Source: Bacteroidia bacterium
Lineage (GTDB): Bacteria; Bacteroidota; Bacteroidia; UKL13-3
Reading direction: 5' to 3'
NCBI GenBank assembly: GCA_051861545.1
Contig: JBIMKP010000011.1
Span: 20,299-84,298 of the forward strand
Length of the DNA: 64,000 nt
The notes under the pieces were generated by a model that had not been told where the DNA came from, ran no database searches, and saw only the letters and a list, made by a program, of their open reading frames with translations. Shown in pieces: positions 60,571 to 64,000 of the stretch. Position 1 is the first letter of the stretch; every line of letters starts with the position of its first letter. A program made the position numbers and the translations under genes.

Positions 60571-61077
60571 TTAAGCATGATGAGTTTCAATCCTTTTGGC
60601 TATTGCGTGTAATTCATCTTGTTTAGTACTCGTTTTTTTCTTCTTTGTAACTTTCTTTTTTTGGGTATCAGGCCCAATTCCATTATGTCTTAGTGCATCC
60701 CAATATTCTTTACCATAGGCTACAAAAATTTCGTCTCCCGGTTTTAAATTTCTGCTAGCAATTACATAAGCACGGTTTCTTATGACTTCATATCGGCAAT
60801 TGTTTCTAACACCAGGTAATCTTACAAATCCCGCGGCATCATTGGCATAACGAGCTAATGAGTCTAATATATGTTCAGCATCAATACACTTCTTTTCAGA
60901 TATGTAAAAGTAATAGGCTCCAAATCCATCCATCTTTTCATTTCTTGCTTGGCATTCTTTCCATGTAATAATTTCACCGGTGTATTCTATTACACGTTCC
61001 CCCCTTTTAATAGGTGCTGTTGTAAAAAGTCCTTTTCCGGCTCCCGGAATCTTCGATTTTTTAATTTCTAAACTCAT
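60571..61077 (-). CDS. SET-domain protein-lysine methyltransferase-like protein
   Basis: GAGKGLF, IEYTGE, ARYANDA and EIFVAYG..YW motifs. Confidence 0.9.
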   Translation of the reverse strand: MSLEIKKSKIPGAGKGLFTTAPIKRGERVIEYTGEIITWKECQARNEKMDGFGAYYFYISEKKCIDAEHILDSLARYANDAAGFVRLPGVRNNCRYEVIRNRAYVIASRNLKPGDEIFVAYGKEYWDALRHNGIGPDTQKKKVTKKKKTSTKQDELHAIAKRIETHHA

Positions 61078-61334
61078 CAGCTTTGCTGCTAATTTTTAAT
61101 TGTAATTTAAGCCTTTAACCTCCATTTTTTAACACAATACTCATCTCGAAATAATTGTGCCAAAAATTGTGGGGCTGCAAAGGTGAGAAAAGATTTCATT
61201 CCTTCAGACAATTTTTTTACAAATAATAAACATTTCTATTGGTTTTTAGCGCTTTCTATACATTACTTTGATTTGTTTTCCTTTTCGTGGATTCTTTTCT
61301 AAAGCCGAATTTTTTTATTTTATACTTTCGCAAC

Positions 61335-62810
61335 ATGTCGCCTTTGTTTATTTTGTTTTGTATTAGCCTCTATTTTGTTGGGCTTTTAAGTATTTCATGG
61401 TTTACTTCAAAACATGAAAACAATGAGTCCTATTTCACAGGTAATAGACAATCGCCTTGGTATGTGGTTGCTTTTGGAATGATTGGTGATTCTTTATCGG
61501 GTGTTACTTTTATTTCTTTACCAGGTACAATTTTAAATAACCAATTTTCTTACCTGCAACTCGTTTTTGGTTATGTTTTAGGCTATTTTGTAATTGCGCG
61601 GGTTTTGTTGCCTTTGTTTTATTCGCTGCAACTTACTTCAATTTATTCTTACCTTTTAGGTAGGTTTGGTAAGAATAGCCAAAAAACGGGTTCCTTCTTT
61701 TTCCTTATTTCTAGAATTGTTGGTGCTGCTCTTCGCTTATTTTTAGCGGCTAGTGTTTTGCAATTATTTGTATTTAGTCAATGGAATATTCCTTTTCCAG
61801 TTTCTGTTGCTATAATTATAGTATTGATGTTGGTTTATACGTATAGAGGTGGCATTAAAACCTTGGTTTGGACTGACCTCTTTCAGTCTGGATTTTTGTT
61901 GTTAGCAGTTATTCTTTCAATTTTTGCTATAATATCTCAACTCAATTGGTCATTTACCCAATCTGTTTCTAATATTATTAATAGCGATTATTCAAATACT
62001 TTTTTCTGGAATTGGCAGGAAAAGAATTTCTTCTTCAAGCAGTTTCTTAGTGGTGCATTTATTACAATTGTAATGACAGGCCTCGATCAAAATATGATGC
62101 AAAAGAACCTCTCTTGCAGAAGCCTTCCTGAAGCGCAAAAGAACATGTACTCTTTTAGTTTTATTGTGCTTTTAGTAAATGTGTTTTTCCTTTCTTTAGG
62201 TGCACTTATTTATCTTTATGTGCAACAGAAAGGAATTCAACTTCCAATTAATCCTAACAGCTTAAAAATAGAAACAGATAAGGTTTTTCCTTTGTTAGCA
62301 CTCAACCATTTAGGAGCTTTTGCAGCTTTAGTTTTTATTATTGGTTTAACGGCTGCAACCTTTAATAGCGCAGATAGTGTGCTTACTACTTTAACAACTT
62401 CTTTTTGTATCGATTTTTTAGGATTTGAGGAAACTGGTAAATACACAGAATCAAAAATGAAAAATATTCGTCATTTGGTTCATGCAGGTTTTGCATTTTT
62501 ACTTTGGTTGGCAATTATTTTAAGTCAAGAACTCAATCAAACTTCAGTTTTAGATGCTATTTTTACAATTGCAGCTTATACTTATGGGCCGCTTTTAGGC
62601 TTATTTACTTTTGGTTTATTTACCAAACTCAAAGTTAAAGATGCTTGGGTTCCTTTTATTAGTGTTTTTCCTCCATTGATTTCTTATTTTCTTTATTCAA
62701 ATTCAACAACACTATTTAATGGTTATAAATTTAGCTATGAACTATTGTTAATTAATGGAGCAATTACATTTTTCTTTCTTTGGTTGATAAGGTTAAAATC
62801 AAAAGTTTAA
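61335..62810 (+). CDS. Sodium:solute symporter
   Basis: YFTGNR, SGVTFISLPG, YRGGIKTLVWTD and GLDQNMMQK motifs; TACTTTCG just upstream supports the ATG at 61335. Confidence 0.93.
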   Translation: MSPLFILFCISLYFVGLLSISWFTSKHENNESYFTGNRQSPWYVVAFGMIGDSLSGVTFISLPGTILNNQFSYLQLVFGYVLGYFVIARVLLPLFYSLQLTSIYSYLLGRFGKNSQKTGSFFFLISRIVGAALRLFLAASVLQLFVFSQWNIPFPVSVAIIIVLMLVYTYRGGIKTLVWTDLFQSGFLLLAVILSIFAIISQLNWSFTQSVSNIINSDYSNTFFWNWQEKNFFFKQFLSGAFITIVMTGLDQNMMQKNLSCRSLPEAQKNMYSFSFIVLLVNVFFLSLGALIYLYVQQKGIQLPINPNSLKIETDKVFPLLALNHLGAFAALVFIIGLTAATFNSADSVLTTLTTSFCIDFLGFEETGKYTESKMKNIRHLVHAGFAFLLWLAIILSQELNQTSVLDAIFTIAAYTYGPLLGLFTFGLFTKLKVKDAWVPFISVFPPLISYFLYSNSTTLFNGYKFSYELLLINGAITFFFLWLIRLKSKV

Positions 62811-62857
62811 TTGGATTAATATCAAATATTTATAAATTGAATTTCAATTTATAATCT

Positions 62858-63823
62858 ATGGAACTTATTGATGAAAAAATTACCAGCCGAAAAATGAAGT
62901 TTGATGCCACTGGCACAGATTACTTTATGGTAAAACTCGTAAATGGAATTTTAATGGGGCTTACCCTTGGAATTTATTATCCTTGGGCCAAAGCTAAGAA
63001 GTTGAAATTTTTGTATGAGAATACTAATTTAGACAATGTAAAATTTAAGTTTACTGGTACAGGAAATGAAATGTTTATTGGTTTTATAAAAGCCATAGGA
63101 ATAGTTTTGGTATTTTATATTGCTTTGATTGCAGCAACAGTAAGTCATAACCAATCTGCAATTATTACAGTTTCAGTTGTTTTTTATTTAGCAATTCTCC
63201 TATTGGTTCCATTAAGTATTCATGGCTCTTTGCGCTATCGTTTATCTAGAAGCTTTTGGGGAAATATTCAATTTTCTTATGTAGGTGATAGAAATACTTT
63301 AATAAAGGAATTTCTTTTAGGAATCTTATTAACGGCCTTAACTATTGGTATTTATGGTGCTTGGTTTACTATGAAGCTTAGAACTTATATCACTAATCAT
63401 ATCCGTTTTGGTAATGCTAGTTTTACTTTCAAAGGACAAGGGAAAGATTATTTTATATTGAATTTAAAAGGACTCATTCTTACACTTTTAACTTTAGGAG
63501 TTTATTATTTCTGGTTTTATAAAGACCTTATAAAGTTCCTTGCCGATAATACAAAACTTGAACAAGAGGGTAGGGAGATATCTTTTAATTCTGAAATTGA
63601 AGGTGTTGATTTTCTTGTTTTAAGTTTAACGAATATTTTAATCATCATTTTTACATTAGGAATAGGTTTAGCTTGGGTTGAAGTAAGAACAATCAAGTTT
63701 TTATTTGAAAGAATGGAAATACAAGGTGAATTTAATCCTTTAGCCCTTGTAAGTATTGATGATGATTTCAAAGATGCTACAGGCGATGATATGGCAGATA
63801 TGTTAGATATTAATTTGATATAG
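62858..63823 (+). CDS. YjgN/DUF898 family membrane protein
   Basis: Repeated LTLGIYxxW helices. Confidence 0.9.
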   Translation: MELIDEKITSRKMKFDATGTDYFMVKLVNGILMGLTLGIYYPWAKAKKLKFLYENTNLDNVKFKFTGTGNEMFIGFIKAIGIVLVFYIALIAATVSHNQSAIITVSVVFYLAILLLVPLSIHGSLRYRLSRSFWGNIQFSYVGDRNTLIKEFLLGILLTALTIGIYGAWFTMKLRTYITNHIRFGNASFTFKGQGKDYFILNLKGLILTLLTLGVYYFWFYKDLIKFLADNTKLEQEGREISFNSEIEGVDFLVLSLTNILIIIFTLGIGLAWVEVRTIKFLFERMEIQGEFNPLALVSIDDDFKDATGDDMADMLDINLI

Positions 63824-63865
63824 TATATTATTCATATCAATCATAATTTTCCAAATCAAGTAGCA

Positions 63866-63901
63866 TAAAAAAAGCCAACCCACTTAAGGATTGGCTTTTT
63901 T
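63866..63901. terminator. Bidirectional terminator
   Basis: aaaaaaagccaa...ttggctttttt. Confidence 0.8.
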
Positions 63902-63918
63902 GTATAGTTCCGAAAAGC

Positions 63919-64000
63919 TTATTTCAATTTGAATGCTTTTTTAACTTTATCTACCATGTCTAATTTTTCCCAAGTAAATAATTCTACTTTTCTGGTAAAT
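63919..64000 (-). CDS. metK: 3' end of S-adenosylmethionine synthetase (partial)
   Basis: ...FTRKVELFTWEKLDMVDKVKKAFKLK* matches the Bacteroidota MetK C-terminus. Confidence 0.75.
   Translation of the reverse strand, partial: FTRKVELFTWEKLDMVDKVKKAFKLK

Overview
AT-rich Bacteroidota chromosomal window (TAnnTTTG promoters, T9SS C-terminal domains, TonB receptors). Housekeeping content: TPP-riboswitch-controlled TonB receptor, carB, radC, rpsT, an IscA/HesB protein, split transketolase, msrB and the 3' end of metK. It also holds a full cyanophycin gene set (cphA, cphB, isoaspartyl peptidase) split by a 6 kb insert, an MbnP-MbnH pair, two two-component systems beside T9SS cargo genes, and hicAB. 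An integrase-free defence-like island at about 16.7-25.0 kb carries an HNH-type Lamassu/ABC-three-component operon, an orphan antitoxin-like gene and two RloA/AAA_21-like ATPases. The first ATPase has no partner. The second is translationally coupled to a small MAG6450/RelE-like gene behind a palindromic operator, the best candidate for an undescribed system. Other signals read directly from the DNA: decayed attC-like hairpins around island genes, a 7-2-7 palindrome (TACAGCA-nn-TGCWKTA) at three promoters of the NarL locus, inverted heptamer arrays around a decayed gene, a tRNA-Leu-like relic and a 47-bp REP-like tandem repeat. All family names come from motif recognition; no database search was run.
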